Below are positions 11,458 to 20,670 of a stretch of 64,000 nucleotides of DNA, one piece after another. The notes under the pieces are model-generated. The model saw only the letters and a list, made by a program, of their open reading frames with translations. It was not told the DNA's origin and ran no database searches. Where the stretch lies: assembly GCA_963772725.1 (NCBI GenBank), contig CAVYYI010000002.1, forward strand, positions 288,001-352,000, read 5' to 3'. Made by a program: the position numbers and the translations under genes. The first letter of the stretch is position 1. Every line of letters begins with the position of its first letter. The stretch is from an uncultured Phycisphaerales bacterium. GTDB taxonomy: Bacteria; Planctomycetota; Phycisphaerae; Sedimentisphaerales; Anaerobacaceae.

Positions 11458-11598
11458 TTGCCGGTTCCAGCTTTGGCACTGAAAATAATGTTCGGTGAAA
11501 TGGCGAAAGAGTGCTTTTTAGCAAGCCAAAGGGTTCTTCCAAAAAGACTCGTAGATGCCGGATTCAAATTCCGATACACCGACTTAAAAAGTACGCTC
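11458..11598 (+). pseudogene. Orphan 3' fragment of a TIGR01777-family gene (copy 2 of repeat)
   Basis: LPVPALALKIMFGEMAKECFLASQRVLPKRLVDAGFKFRY without the N-terminal domain. Confidence 0.85.
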
Positions 11599-11851
11599 GA
11601 TTCAATCTGCACCAGATGCACCAGTAATTCTCTATTAATTATAAAATTTACTCATTTTTTGCTTCGCGATAGGTATAGAAATATTAATAATAATAGGAAA
11701 TCTCTAGTGCAACTGGTTCACCAAACCCTGATAAACCCATTCACAAGTTCCAGTACCAAGGCTTTTCGCTCAATATTCGGGAATAACCGCCGGACGTAAA
11801 AAAGGGTTCCAGCCCTCATTTTTGCCCTAAATGAAAAAAAATTAAGAAAAA

Positions 11852-11913
11852 ATGTAAAATCTACTTGACATTGAGTATATCATAGATTACATTATGTATG
11901 GTGCAACAGACAT
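11852..11913 (+). promoter_or_regulatory. Sigma70 promoter overlapped by three 21-bp-spaced palindromic boxes (candidate XRE operator)
   Basis: TTGACA(11865)-17-TACATT(11888); ATGT-N12-ACAT at 11852 and 11894, GAGT-N12-ACAT at 11873. Confidence 0.65.
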
Positions 11914-11947
11914 TAATAAATAATAATATTTTGGAAAGGAATAAAAA

Positions 11948-12385
11948 ATGAATAGGCGGCAAAAAATAGCGTGGTTTAATTTGGTCGTAATCTCGCTTGC
12001 TTTAGGGCTGAGTACAGCAGCATTTTGTGTGTTATACTTCATCTTCAAACTGCCCGCACATCGAGCGGCTGGCGGATTTGGGTTCATAGGGATTATGGGG
12101 TTAGCAGGATTAGCTCCAGTTTTATTCAAGAAAGATAAGAATAAGGTGGAGTTCGATGAGCGGGATATGGCGATTAATCGCAAAGCAACAATAATCTCAT
12201 ATACAATCTTTTGGGTTCTATTCGTCGCAGCGGCAATGGTTCCGTGGTTTATCATAGGGCCGTTTGGAACGATTACGGTCAATTATCTTCCGTGGATGGT
12301 GTGTGGCGGAATGTTTATAGTCACAAGCGTTCAATCGATAGTGATTCTCGAGGAGTACGGCTGGAAGGAGAAAAATAATGAATAG
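11948..12385 (+). CDS. Membrane protein, DUF2178-like
   Basis: Four hydrophobic segments with FDERDMAI..KA motif; operon with XRE regulator. Confidence 0.7.
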   Translation: MNRRQKIAWFNLVVISLALGLSTAAFCVLYFIFKLPAHRAAGGFGFIGIMGLAGLAPVLFKKDKNKVEFDERDMAINRKATIISYTIFWVLFVAAAMVPWFIIGPFGTITVNYLPWMVCGGMFIVTSVQSIVILEEYGWKEKNNE

Positions 12386-12836
12386 ATTACAAAAAGAAGC
12401 CCTTGGGAATTTGATATTGGTAATATTTATTTTCCCCTTCACAGCTTTACTAACTTTTGTAAGCATAAAAATACACGGAAGACCCTTATCTATAGAATTG
12501 GTCACACAAATCCTTTTTATTTCCACAATGCTTTTTACAGTGGCAAACGCAATTCAACAGGTTCGTTCTGTTTTTCGAAAGCGAAAAGCAGATAAAGAGA
12601 TTTTCTTTGATGAGCGTGACCAATTTATTGTCCATAACGCTTTACGACATACATATTATGCGATTTGCCTTTTTTTAATCGCAGTATATATATTAATGTC
12701 TCCATACTTTGGTGAAAATATAACAATACCATTTTATATTTTGCCGCTGGTTATATGCGGCATTGCCATCACTGTTATACTTGTTTATTCAATTTCCATT
12801 TTGATTCAGTATGGCAGAGGGGGTAAAGATGTCTAA
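12378..12836 (+). CDS. Membrane protein, DUF2178-like paralog
   Basis: FDERDQFI motif, four TM segments, overlapping start/stop with neighbours. Confidence 0.68.
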   Translation: MNRLQKEALGNLILVIFIFPFTALLTFVSIKIHGRPLSIELVTQILFISTMLFTVANAIQQVRSVFRKRKADKEIFFDERDQFIVHNALRHTYYAICLFLIAVYILMSPYFGENITIPFYILPLVICGIAITVILVYSISILIQYGRGGKDV

Positions 12837-13074
12837 AGATAAGATAATAAATCAGATACGTCGGCTGCGGTTTGAGAATGGGGAGATGACACAGCAGGAG
12901 TTGGCGGATAAGGCTGGGGTAACGCGGCAGACGATAATCGCGATTGAGGCTGGAAATTATTCGCCCTCGCTGACGCTGGCGTTTAAAATCGCTCGTGCGT
13001 TTGCTAAAAGCCTGGAAGAAGTGTTTCAGTACGATGAAAACAGAATACAGAATTCAGCAGACAGCAAACAATAG
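12829..13074 (+). CDS. XRE-family HTH transcriptional regulator
   Basis: MTQQELADKAGVTRQTIIAIEAGNYSPSL.LAFKIA..F...LEEVF. Confidence 0.92.
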   Translation: MSKDKIINQIRRLRFENGEMTQQELADKAGVTRQTIIAIEAGNYSPSLTLAFKIARAFAKSLEEVFQYDENRIQNSADSKQ

Positions 13075-13107
13075 AAAAGTTAGTAGTTCGGAGTTCGTAG
13101 TCGATAG
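13041..13107. repeat. Two adjacent heptamer-periodic tracts
   Basis: CAGAATA CAGAATT CAGCAGA CAGCAAA (inside the XRE 3' end), then AGTTAGT AGTTCGG AGTTCGT AGTCGAT. Confidence 0.6.
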
Positions 13108-13170
13108 AAAAAATATTATTCGCAAATTTTAGCAGATAAAATGTGGGGTTGCGACTTTGCCCCTGCAAAT

Positions 13171-13199
13171 CTGGATACCTGCTTTCTCAGGTATGACAA
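13171..13199 (-). repeat. Short palindromic element (GTCATACCTG..AAAGCAGGTATCCA type)
   Basis: Reverse complement is 27/28 identical to 41357-41384. Confidence 0.75.
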
Positions 13200-13208
13200 A
13201 TAATATAC

Positions 13209-14748
13209 TTAGAAGTCTTTGTCTGAGCTGCCGTAGATGAAGCGGAGTTCGCCGAAATTGGGGACGATGGCATAAGGGAATTTGGGGGATGGTTTGAAGC
13301 CGCCGGGCCAATAGACGAACATAGCTTTTCCTACGAGGTACTCGCGCGGGACAATTCCTCTTGGATATAACACGCCATGATTTCCTCTGCCCTGTTCGGA
13401 CCAGAATCTGCTGTCACTACTGTTGGGGCTGTTGTCACCGAGTGCAAAAAATTCATCAGCATTTAGCTTAAGGGGATTTCCCTCGGCCGCCCTGCCCCTG
13501 CCGCCAGGGTCGGAGTCCGTATAGTATTCATCCTTGAAAATCGCGATATGCGATAAGGCGAGTTTGCCTGCGCCAAAGATTTTGACCTGCGGGGAAATGT
13601 CGTTTTTTCTGGCCCGCTGCGTCGGGAGTGCGGCCTAAATCCGCTTTCAAAACATCTTTGCCATATTCGAGAACAAGTTCATGGTCAACATTAGAGAACT
13701 TCAATAAAGCTGGTTTATCAGCGGCGGTCAATTCGGTTAGCTGTTTATCAACCAAAACAGTTTCACTGTTATCGGAGATTTTCGAGATAACCATTTTGCC
13801 GGAAAAATCTACCCAACCTTTATAAACGGTTTGGTATTTGCTGAAGCTTACGCCGATGCACCCCTGCGAAAGATTCGTCCTCACATAAAAGCGCGTCATT
13901 AAATCGCTGCAATACGGCAGCTCTCCGATTCTATCAAGACCATTGTAGGGGCAATCGGCTTTAAAACCATTTCCAGCGGAAGTGTCGTATGCAAAATAAT
14001 TGATTTTGTCAGGGTTGCTCTCAAGACCGCATAAGGCCGGATTATCTTTAACAAATTGCCAATCTGAACCAGCGAAATCAAAGGGCTGTCTCCAAATATG
14101 GCCGTTAAATATGCCCTGGGCCGGTCTTATCGGCTGATAATCGTTGTTGTAAACCACTCTCCAAAGCTCGTTCTGAACTTTGGGCGGTTTTCGGCTGATT
14201 TGGCCGTTGATATAAACATCTCCATCGATTATTTCAACGGTTTCACCCGGCCGACCAATCAGCCGTTTTATGAAATTTATAGTCGGATTAGTGGGGTCTT
14301 TAAATACTATTACATCCCATTGCTTTGGCTCAAAGAATTGATATATGCACTTCAGGACAAGTATCCTGTCGCCATTCGAGGGGGCCATTTTTTCGGGAGC
14401 TTGCTGATACTTTCTATCAGAATTTTGATAATAGCCGCAGCTTGGGCAGCGTGTCCTACCGACGGGAACATCCTGACTGGGAATAGTGTCTGTCGGCAAT
14501 CCAAATCTTTCCGGAATAAACCCAAAGTTGTATTTATAGCCGCATTGCGGGCACCGCAAACGGAAATGTGCGCCCATAAGCGTATCAGCCATACTGCCTG
14601 TTGGAATCCGGTACGCTTCCATAATAAAGGCCCGGAAGACAAACGCCAGTATGAATGCCGTTATAAGCCACTCAAATGTGTTCGCGACTTCGGATATCCT
14701 GTCTTTTCGCACGTTTTTTTCATCACCTGTTTTTTCTCTTTTGCCCAT
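13209..14748 (-). CDS. lepB: Signal peptidase I, long form (frameshift near 13605)
   Basis: IPTGSM, FIKRLIG.PGE; manual translation of the second frame gives LGDNSPNSSDSRFW and VGKAMFVYWP ending at TAA 13209. Confidence 0.9.
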
Positions 14749-15134
14749 ATAACCTGCCGAAAAATATCCTTTCGCTGCGCTAACAAATTCTACAGAAACA
14801 ATCTAAAACTATTATTATGCTGAAAATCTCTTAGCTGGTCAACAGACAATTACATATTGAGGCTGTTTAAACATGTTGAAGATTAAAAAAAACAGCAGCA
14901 AAATCCTTGCTGCGATACCCATAACATCTTGCCCTAAAAGAAGTTATGTCATTTTATAGTCCTCAGACATATACCACAGCTATTTTAGATTCGCTGAAAA
15001 AACAATTTTCCGGCGGCAAAGTACTGCTGCAGTTTTGTAATGTCGAACACGTTATACGGATTTGGTTTTCGCATCCTGGAAGAACGATTATCAGATTTTT
15101 CTTGAAATAAAAAAGTTTTTTGTTAAAAAAACTC

Positions 15135-15163
15135 TTGTCGCATAGAAGTCTTTATAGTATAGT
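15135..15163 (+). promoter_or_regulatory. Sigma70-like promoter upstream of the HU gene
   Basis: TTGTCG-17-TATAGT. Confidence 0.5.
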
Positions 15164-15284
15164 AACTTGTGTATATGAAGAATTGTTTTGCAAGCGAGAT
15201 GGTTAGTATTCACAACGCCAGTTGTTCTGGCGACAGCGAGGGCCTGTTTTTGAAAAGTCTTTTCTTGAAATGAGGAAGAAGCCT

Positions 15285-15596
15285 ATGTCAACAATCACAA
15301 AGAAGGAACTAATTGACCAGATTGCCGAAAAAACACAAGCCAAAAGAATTCTGGTCAAAAATATAATCCAGACGTTTCTTGATGAGATAACTGAGCAACT
15401 GCGTAAGGATAACCGCCTGGAATTCCGCGATTTCGGCGTATTTGAGACACGAACCAAAGGTGCCAGAGTCGCACAGAATCCCAAGACTCTTGCGAGAGTT
15501 GAGGTGCCGCCGAAACGTACCGTTAAATTTAAGATGGGCCGACTGATGAGAGACAATCTCTGTTCTTCAGTATCGCAATCAGCTAAAGGCAAATAG
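15285..15596 (+). CDS. HU/IHF-family DNA-binding protein
   Basis: TKKELI, RLEFRDFGVF, AQNPKT, VKFKMG. Confidence 0.93.
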   Translation: MSTITKKELIDQIAEKTQAKRILVKNIIQTFLDEITEQLRKDNRLEFRDFGVFETRTKGARVAQNPKTLARVEVPPKRTVKFKMGRLMRDNLCSSVSQSAKGK

Positions 15597-15715
15597 ATTT
15601 TATTTGGCAGATGTGCCGCGACCATACACTGAATGATAAAGGTAATTCGTTTGCGAAGATTGGTGGCGCGGAGGGAAATATTTGTTTTATGACGATTGTA
15701 GTTAAGGAGTAGTTT

Positions 15716-15955
15716 ATGTCAGAGGGAACAGTTAAATGGTTTAACGCGCGGAAGGGATATGGTTTTATCGCTACCGAGGATGGCCGCGACGTGTTTGTAC
15801 ATTATGCGAGCATTTCAGGTGACGGTTACAAAACTCTGGCCGAAGGCGATATAGTCTCTTTTGATATTGCCGAAGGCGAAAAAGGCTTAAGAGCCGAAAA
15901 TGTTATTCCTACAAAACCGGCTCCCAAAAAGAATGCCGCCTCGGAAAATAAGTAA
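15716..15955 (+). CDS. Cold-shock protein
   Basis: GTVKWFN..KGYGFI, DVFVHY. Confidence 0.96.
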   Translation: MSEGTVKWFNARKGYGFIATEDGRDVFVHYASISGDGYKTLAEGDIVSFDIAEGEKGLRAENVIPTKPAPKKNAASENK

Positions 15956-16054
15956 AAAGTTTATGCGGTTTTCACCTTTTTGTTAATTACTGCATTTTAC
16001 GGCAGCGGAAGGTAAACGCTGTACTGGTAAGTTTTTGCAAAAGGTTTTAGTACC

Positions 16055-16690
16055 ATGATTGCGGCTGATTATAAGTCGAGTCTGGATTGTAACGTTCTTG
16101 TTCTGAACAAACATTATATGGCTGTTCGTATAGTCGGCGCCCGGAGGGCATTTTCACTTCTGTGCCGAAAACTTGCCGAAGTCGTTTCTTACGAGGAAGG
16201 TGTTTATTCGGGGTATGACTTCAATGACTGGTGCGAGGTAAGTCAGTTTAAACGAAATTTTGAACCGGACGGCAATGACTGGATTTCGACGGTCAATTTT
16301 TATATCGCGGTACCTCGAATTATTCGCCTGTTATTTTATGACCGACTTCCACAGGCAAAAGTAAAATTCAACCGCCGCAACATTTTCGCACGCGACAGAA
16401 ACTGCTGCCAGTATTGCGGCAAAAAATTTCCCACCAGCGAATTATCTCTCAACCATGTAATCCCGAGAACTCTCGGCGGAAAATCAGACTGGGATAATAT
16501 GGTTTGCGCCTGTGTGGAATGCAACGCCCTAAAGGGCGGGAGAATGCCAAGAGAGGCTGGTATGGCACTTATCGCCAAACCAACCAAGCCTAAACACAAT
16601 TCGCTTGTGCATATTTATCTTGGCCATGAACGGTATCATAGCTGGAAACAGTTTCTCGACCACGCATACTGGTCTGTCGAACTGAAATAG
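16055..16690 (+). CDS. HNH endonuclease (McrA-like)
   Basis: VLVLN, RRNIFARD..CQYCG, NHVIPR..GG...W.N.V.AC..CN..KG. Confidence 0.9.
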   Translation: MIAADYKSSLDCNVLVLNKHYMAVRIVGARRAFSLLCRKLAEVVSYEEGVYSGYDFNDWCEVSQFKRNFEPDGNDWISTVNFYIAVPRIIRLLFYDRLPQAKVKFNRRNIFARDRNCCQYCGKKFPTSELSLNHVIPRTLGGKSDWDNMVCACVECNALKGGRMPREAGMALIAKPTKPKHNSLVHIYLGHERYHSWKQFLDHAYWSVELK

Positions 16691-16777
16691 CCAATAAGTA
16701 AATATTCTACCTCTGCGGCTTATTTTTGTATTTTTAATTTCAAGTTCGCCACATCGAATCTTCGATTTCATTATGTG

Positions 16778-16833
16778 AATTTGTTTCATGCTTAAGATTT
16801 TCCGCGCTTCGTTCCCCGCTCCACGCTACGAGC
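16778..16833. repeat. Composite repeat (GCTTAAGATTTTCC block plus CGCT-heptamer block)
   Basis: Same two-block order as 20608-20668. Confidence 0.55.
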
Positions 16834-16839
16834 CTTTTC

Positions 16840-17253
16840 TTACCACACTATCCATTTCAAAATATAAGGCGTATAAAATTGCGACCCACACAAATTATAC
16901 CACGCTGCCCAAAACGATATTATTGAAACCGCGATAAAAACATACACCGCAAATTTCCTGCAGTAAACCCCAACCAGTATCCCCGCCAACACCTTAGCAG
17001 CAAATCCAACCAGCGGCCCCAATATTGGCCCGAATATCTCCGACACAAACCGAATCGCCGGATGCGCCTCTGCCTCCGCTCCTTCCCTGAGCATAAATAC
17101 GATGGTAGATAAACTATCGCAAAGTATCGTGATAAAAAATATAACTAACCACCACCAATACCTCTCCCATAAATTCAGCAGAGCGGCCTTCACTGTTTCA
17201 ATTTCTCTTTTCACACCTTTCAAACCCTTCATACTTTCTTCATCAATGAACAT
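16840..17253 (-). CDS. Hypothetical membrane protein
   Basis: Three to four hydrophobic segments with a D..ST...L....EAHP pattern. Confidence 0.6.
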   Translation of the reverse strand: MFIDEESMKGLKGVKREIETVKAALLNLWERYWWWLVIFFITILCDSLSTIVFMLREGAEAEAHPAIRFVSEIFGPILGPLVGFAAKVLAGILVGVYCRKFAVYVFIAVSIISFWAAWYNLCGSQFYTPYILKWIVW

Positions 17254-17308
17254 TTTTAATTTTTTATCTGCATTTTTTATTTTTGCTTTTTAATATTTAA
17301 TATTCCTT

Positions 17309-17767
17309 TCACATCCCCGCCGATTCCACATAATAAACATATCCATTTTCATACTTCATATAAGCTTTTTGGGAATTCGAAGGATTAGGGTCATAAAAAG
17401 TACCTTCCGAAGTATCACATGGATCCCACCACTTTTTTTTAATATCACTAAACTTGTATCCCAACCATTTCCTTTTATCTTCCGGGGCTGGAATAAACTT
17501 TAATTTCTTTTTAAAAGCCTCGAATTCGTCTTTATCGATTTTAGCCTTAAGAAAATAACAAAAATCCGGTGGAAAAATTATATTCCATGTATGCTCATGT
17601 ACCTCCGTCGCCGAAACCGGCAGCATCATCCTCGCATTTTCTTCCCCAAAACAATATGGATACACCTTAATAAAAATAACACCAAAAACCGCTATCGCCG
17701 CAGCATAAAGCAAACCCAGAACACATAATACTATTATCAGCTTCTTTTTATCTATCTTCGCCTTCAT
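17309..17767 (-). CDS. Hypothetical protein with N-terminal membrane anchor
   Basis: 152-aa ORF, basic N-terminus followed by a TM helix. Confidence 0.6.
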   Translation of the reverse strand: MKAKIDKKKLIIVLCVLGLLYAAAIAVFGVIFIKVYPYCFGEENARMMLPVSATEVHEHTWNIIFPPDFCYFLKAKIDKDEFEAFKKKLKFIPAPEDKRKWLGYKFSDIKKKWWDPCDTSEGTFYDPNPSNSQKAYMKYENGYVYYVESAGM

Positions 17768-17780
17768 ATCTCTGCCCTTT

Positions 17781-18218
17781 TTAAAGCTCTTTTTTTATTG
17801 CGGCAACAAACCTGTTAAAATCTTTTGATGTACCTAAGACCACAATAACTCTATTATCTGAACCTCCTAAAAAACTATGTTCAGCCATTTGTTTAGGGTC
17901 GGTAACTTCTTCAAACCATGCTGTCATCGGTGAGCCGTCCCCAACAGCCTTTTGCCTTCCTGCGCGGACACCAGCCTTGTCGATTTCATCATGCAATCGT
18001 TCAGCCCCTACGCCCAGAGTTTCAAACCAATCACTATTTCTGCGGACTAATTCCTCAACTAATTTTTTGACGGAATTACTTAAAGCAATTGATTGATCAA
18101 ATATTAATATAGAAACATCAAATTCTTCTTTTCCCCAAGGCAGTTCTCCTAAAGAAAGTCCTTCAGACCATTCGCATATATAATAGCGGCAATATTTGCC
18201 CTGTAATTCAACACTCAT
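17781..18218 (-). CDS. Hypothetical protein
   Basis: 145-aa ATG ORF co-oriented and closely spaced with the next gene. Confidence 0.6.
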   Translation of the reverse strand: MSVELQGKYCRYYICEWSEGLSLGELPWGKEEFDVSILIFDQSIALSNSVKKLVEELVRRNSDWFETLGVGAERLHDEIDKAGVRAGRQKAVGDGSPMTAWFEEVTDPKQMAEHSFLGGSDNRVIVVLGTSKDFNRFVAAIKKEL

Positions 18219-18439
18219 TTTTCAACCTTGAATTATTTTCTGAATGCTACGGATACCATACTCATTTCCATCACAAAACCACATCATGATTTTATCTCCA
18301 TGCATAGACTCTGTCCAGCCGTTAATATTTCTTGCCTGCCCTGCGCGGCTCCCCGAGCAAAGCAGGGTGTCCTTTTCGTGGCTATTTTTCATTCAATGTT
18401 GGAAGTTCTTTCATTTTAAAGTATTTCTCCCAGAATAAA

Positions 18440-18459
18440 AATAGGGACAGCCACCTATT
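18440..18459. repeat. Palindromic site AATAGG-N8-CCTATT containing a TGTCCC core on the minus strand
   Basis: AATAGG GACAGCCA CCTATT. Confidence 0.5.
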
Positions 18460-18477
18460 ATTTCCACGGCATTGGTT

Positions 18478-19298
18478 TCAGACCGCCGTTAGCAGAGAAG
18501 CCAGTTCGTCAGGGGCTGTCACCATTGAGTCGTGCCCCGCCTCTATGGTCGTGAACGACCAACTATTGTCACCACTTATCCGGTTATGGGTAGGGACGAG
18601 CAAATCATAGAGCGGTTTGATAGAAGCAATGTACGTGCGATTCAGTCCATTGCTCCCAGAGTTCTTGAACGTGAAGGCCCCAATATACGTCCCGACTGGC
18701 ATAGGCCGCAACCGCCGCTGCAGCCAAGCCACGTCCGAAGGCTTGGTCACCGCAAAGGCACTGGGCGGAGGTGCAGGAAGCGCTATACCCTTACCCTGTT
18801 CTCACACCGACTTCAATCGTGATTCACGTGCCTCAGGAGGATTAAAGCCGGCCCAGCTAAAGGATGCGCCAGGCGACATATCAGGTGGAACACTACCATC
18901 TAAGTAAACATACCGAGACACGCGCCCCCGGAGTGTGTCTGCGACACCAGAGATCACAAAGCCGCCATAACTATGTCCAACGAGAACAAAGTCGTTCAAC
19001 TCCTCAGTTTCAATCACGGAAAGGATGTCTTCCACATGGGTCTGCAGCGAAATGTTCTTGGAGAAGAGATGCTCGCGATCCCCTAATCCGGTGAGGCTTG
19101 CGCAAAAATCTTGTGCCCGCGAGCCCTGAGAACATCGGCTACGCGACGCCAGCACCAGCCGCCGTGCCACGCACCATGCACCAGGACGAAGGTGCGGGGT
19201 TTGTCGGTGACGCTTGCGATTCCGGCATTGCCCGCCGCGGTCACAACACCCACCGTTGCCGCACTTGACGCCTTTAGAAAACCTCTTCTTGTAATCAT
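18478..19298 (-). CDS. Tat-exported alpha/beta hydrolase (esterase-like), split by two frameshifts
   Basis: TRRGFLK signal, FVLVHGAWHGGWCW, LVGHSYGG, YLDG, GHDSM. Confidence 0.85.
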
Positions 19299-19375
19299 GC
19301 CTCTGCCCCTATCAAAAATTCCGTCCTAATTACAAGGACTTATATAAAATTCCCCGTTTCTATTTAGATTAGTCC

Positions 19376-19400
19376 TGTAGGGTGGGGTCATTACCCCACC
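19376..19400 (+). repeat. REP-like palindrome
   Basis: GTAG followed by perfect stem GGTGGGGT-CATT-ACCCCACC; 19376-19390 matches the reverse complement of 63941-63955 at 14/15. Confidence 0.7.
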
Positions 19401-19411
19401 ATTTTTTTCAA

Positions 19412-19892
19412 ACCTTTCACACTTTCACACCTTTCCACGCCCCAGAACCTCACCACAATTTTACCCACGGCCTAATAATTTGTCCACCAGCAAATTTATT
19501 TCCACTTTCCCCAATCCCAAACCTGTGGTGAGCCTGCCGAATGATCGAAAATCCTATTTGTGTCTTTCGTACCACTTCGTTTCTTCGTTTTGAAAAAATC
19601 TGTGTCCATCTGCGTTAAATCTGTGGTTAAATAATTTTTTTTCTCTCAGCGTCTTTGCGTCTTCGCGGGCAACAAAAAAAGTCTTATGTCTTGGGTCTTT
19701 TAAAAATCTGTGAAAATCTGCGTCAATCTGCGGTTAAATAAATATTTTTACTTCTGTGAAATCAGAGTAATCTGTGGCTGATTATTTTTGTTTTTCTCTT
19801 TTTATAATTTGCTTCGTGCTTCAAAATTAGTGCTTTTCCCGTGCTTAATAAATCTTTTAATCAGCGACATCAGTGTAATCGGTGATTAAATA
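19412..19892 (+). repeat. Stack of short-period trimer repeats of several types
   Basis: Four AATCTGTG-type trimers (19597, 19705, 19752, 19859) interleaved with TTCGT-, CTTTGCGT- and GTCTT-type trimers. Confidence 0.85.
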
Positions 19893-19904
19893 TTCTTAGA
19901 TTCT

Positions 19905-20549
19905 TCAATCCAGAATTTCGCCAAGGCAATTAAGCAGAGTCGCCTGGCATTTCATCAGCTTCCTTCTTGAATTATGCCCGCTGGGTATCAAAACGCAATC
20001 AATATCAAGAGCCTTAGCGACCTCGAAGTCATGGCAGGTATCCCCGATTAGCATCACATCCCTACTGTGCAGCCCAAGTTTTTTCATCAAAACCCTGCCG
20101 TTTTCAACCTTGCTTTTCGCGTAATAATCATTCAACCCGACAAGCCTTGCGAAATAATGCCGCAGAGCGAAAAAGTCTATAATCTCTTCGAGCATTTTCT
20201 GCTGATAAGCCGTGAGAATCGACTGCTCAATCCCGTTATCCGCGAAGTATTTCAAAACACTCTCCGCGTCATCCTGAAGCCTGCACTCGAACCGCTTCAC
20301 ATCATACTGTTTTATGTAATCGTCCGCTATCACCTCAAAAGGCTCCCTGTCAAAATCAAAGCCCAGCTTCTGATAATAACTTTTCACCGGAAAATCAAAT
20401 TCCTCCGCATACTGCTCAAGAGTTACCGGGGGCTTTGCGTATTTTCGCAGAATATTGTTGAGAATCTCCACGCACAGCCGCGCATCATCGAGCAGCGTCC
20501 CATTCCAGTCCCAGATAATATGCTTATATTTATTTAACTCTAAACCCAT
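19905..20549 (-). CDS. HAD-superfamily hydrolase
   Basis: WDWNGTL and IGDT.HD motifs. Confidence 0.9.
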   Translation of the reverse strand: MGLELNKYKHIIWDWNGTLLDDARLCVEILNNILRKYAKPPVTLEQYAEEFDFPVKSYYQKLGFDFDREPFEVIADDYIKQYDVKRFECRLQDDAESVLKYFADNGIEQSILTAYQQKMLEEIIDFFALRHYFARLVGLNDYYAKSKVENGRVLMKKLGLHSRDVMLIGDTCHDFEVAKALDIDCVLIPSGHNSRRKLMKCQATLLNCLGEILD

Positions 20550-20607
20550 ATCTTTTATAAATCCAATTTCATTCGGTTATTTATTTTGTGAATTTTCTTT
20601 TATTTTA

Positions 20608-20668
20608 ATTTGTTTCGTACTTCGTGCTTAGGATTTTCCCAACTTCGCTTCACGCTTCACGAGATACG
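20608..20668. repeat. Composite heptamer repeat
   Basis: TTCGTAC TTCGTGC TTAGGAT TTTCC, then CGCTTCA CGCTTCA CGAGATA CG. Confidence 0.65.
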
Positions 20669-20670
20669 TT

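Noticed and set aside
9978..11598. Diversity-generating retroelement TR/VR pair
   Set aside because: Mismatches involve all four bases and are mostly at third codon positions, not adenine-specific, and no reverse transcriptase is in the window.
11332..11799. 155-aa ORF as a real gene
   Set aside because: It is a chance read-through of heptamer repeat, the duplicated 47-codon fragment and AT-rich non-coding DNA.
13129..13311. 60-aa ORF containing VIPEKAGIQ
   Set aside because: It is an off-frame read of the lepB 3' end running into a palindromic repeat.
14749..15284. tRNA or structured ncRNA in the lepB-HU intergenic region
   Set aside because: No cloverleaf, T-loop motif or extended stable stem is visible; it is consistent with divergent promoters.
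15285..16690. HU-Csp-HNH as a defence or prophage module
   Set aside because: Host-like composition, no phage or mobility genes, and each is a common chromosomal gene. The NH in place of DH in the HNH motif is too little to build on.
19597..19892. CRISPR array
   Set aside because: Units are degenerate and unevenly spaced, the intervening stretches are themselves periodic repeats, and no cas genes are present.
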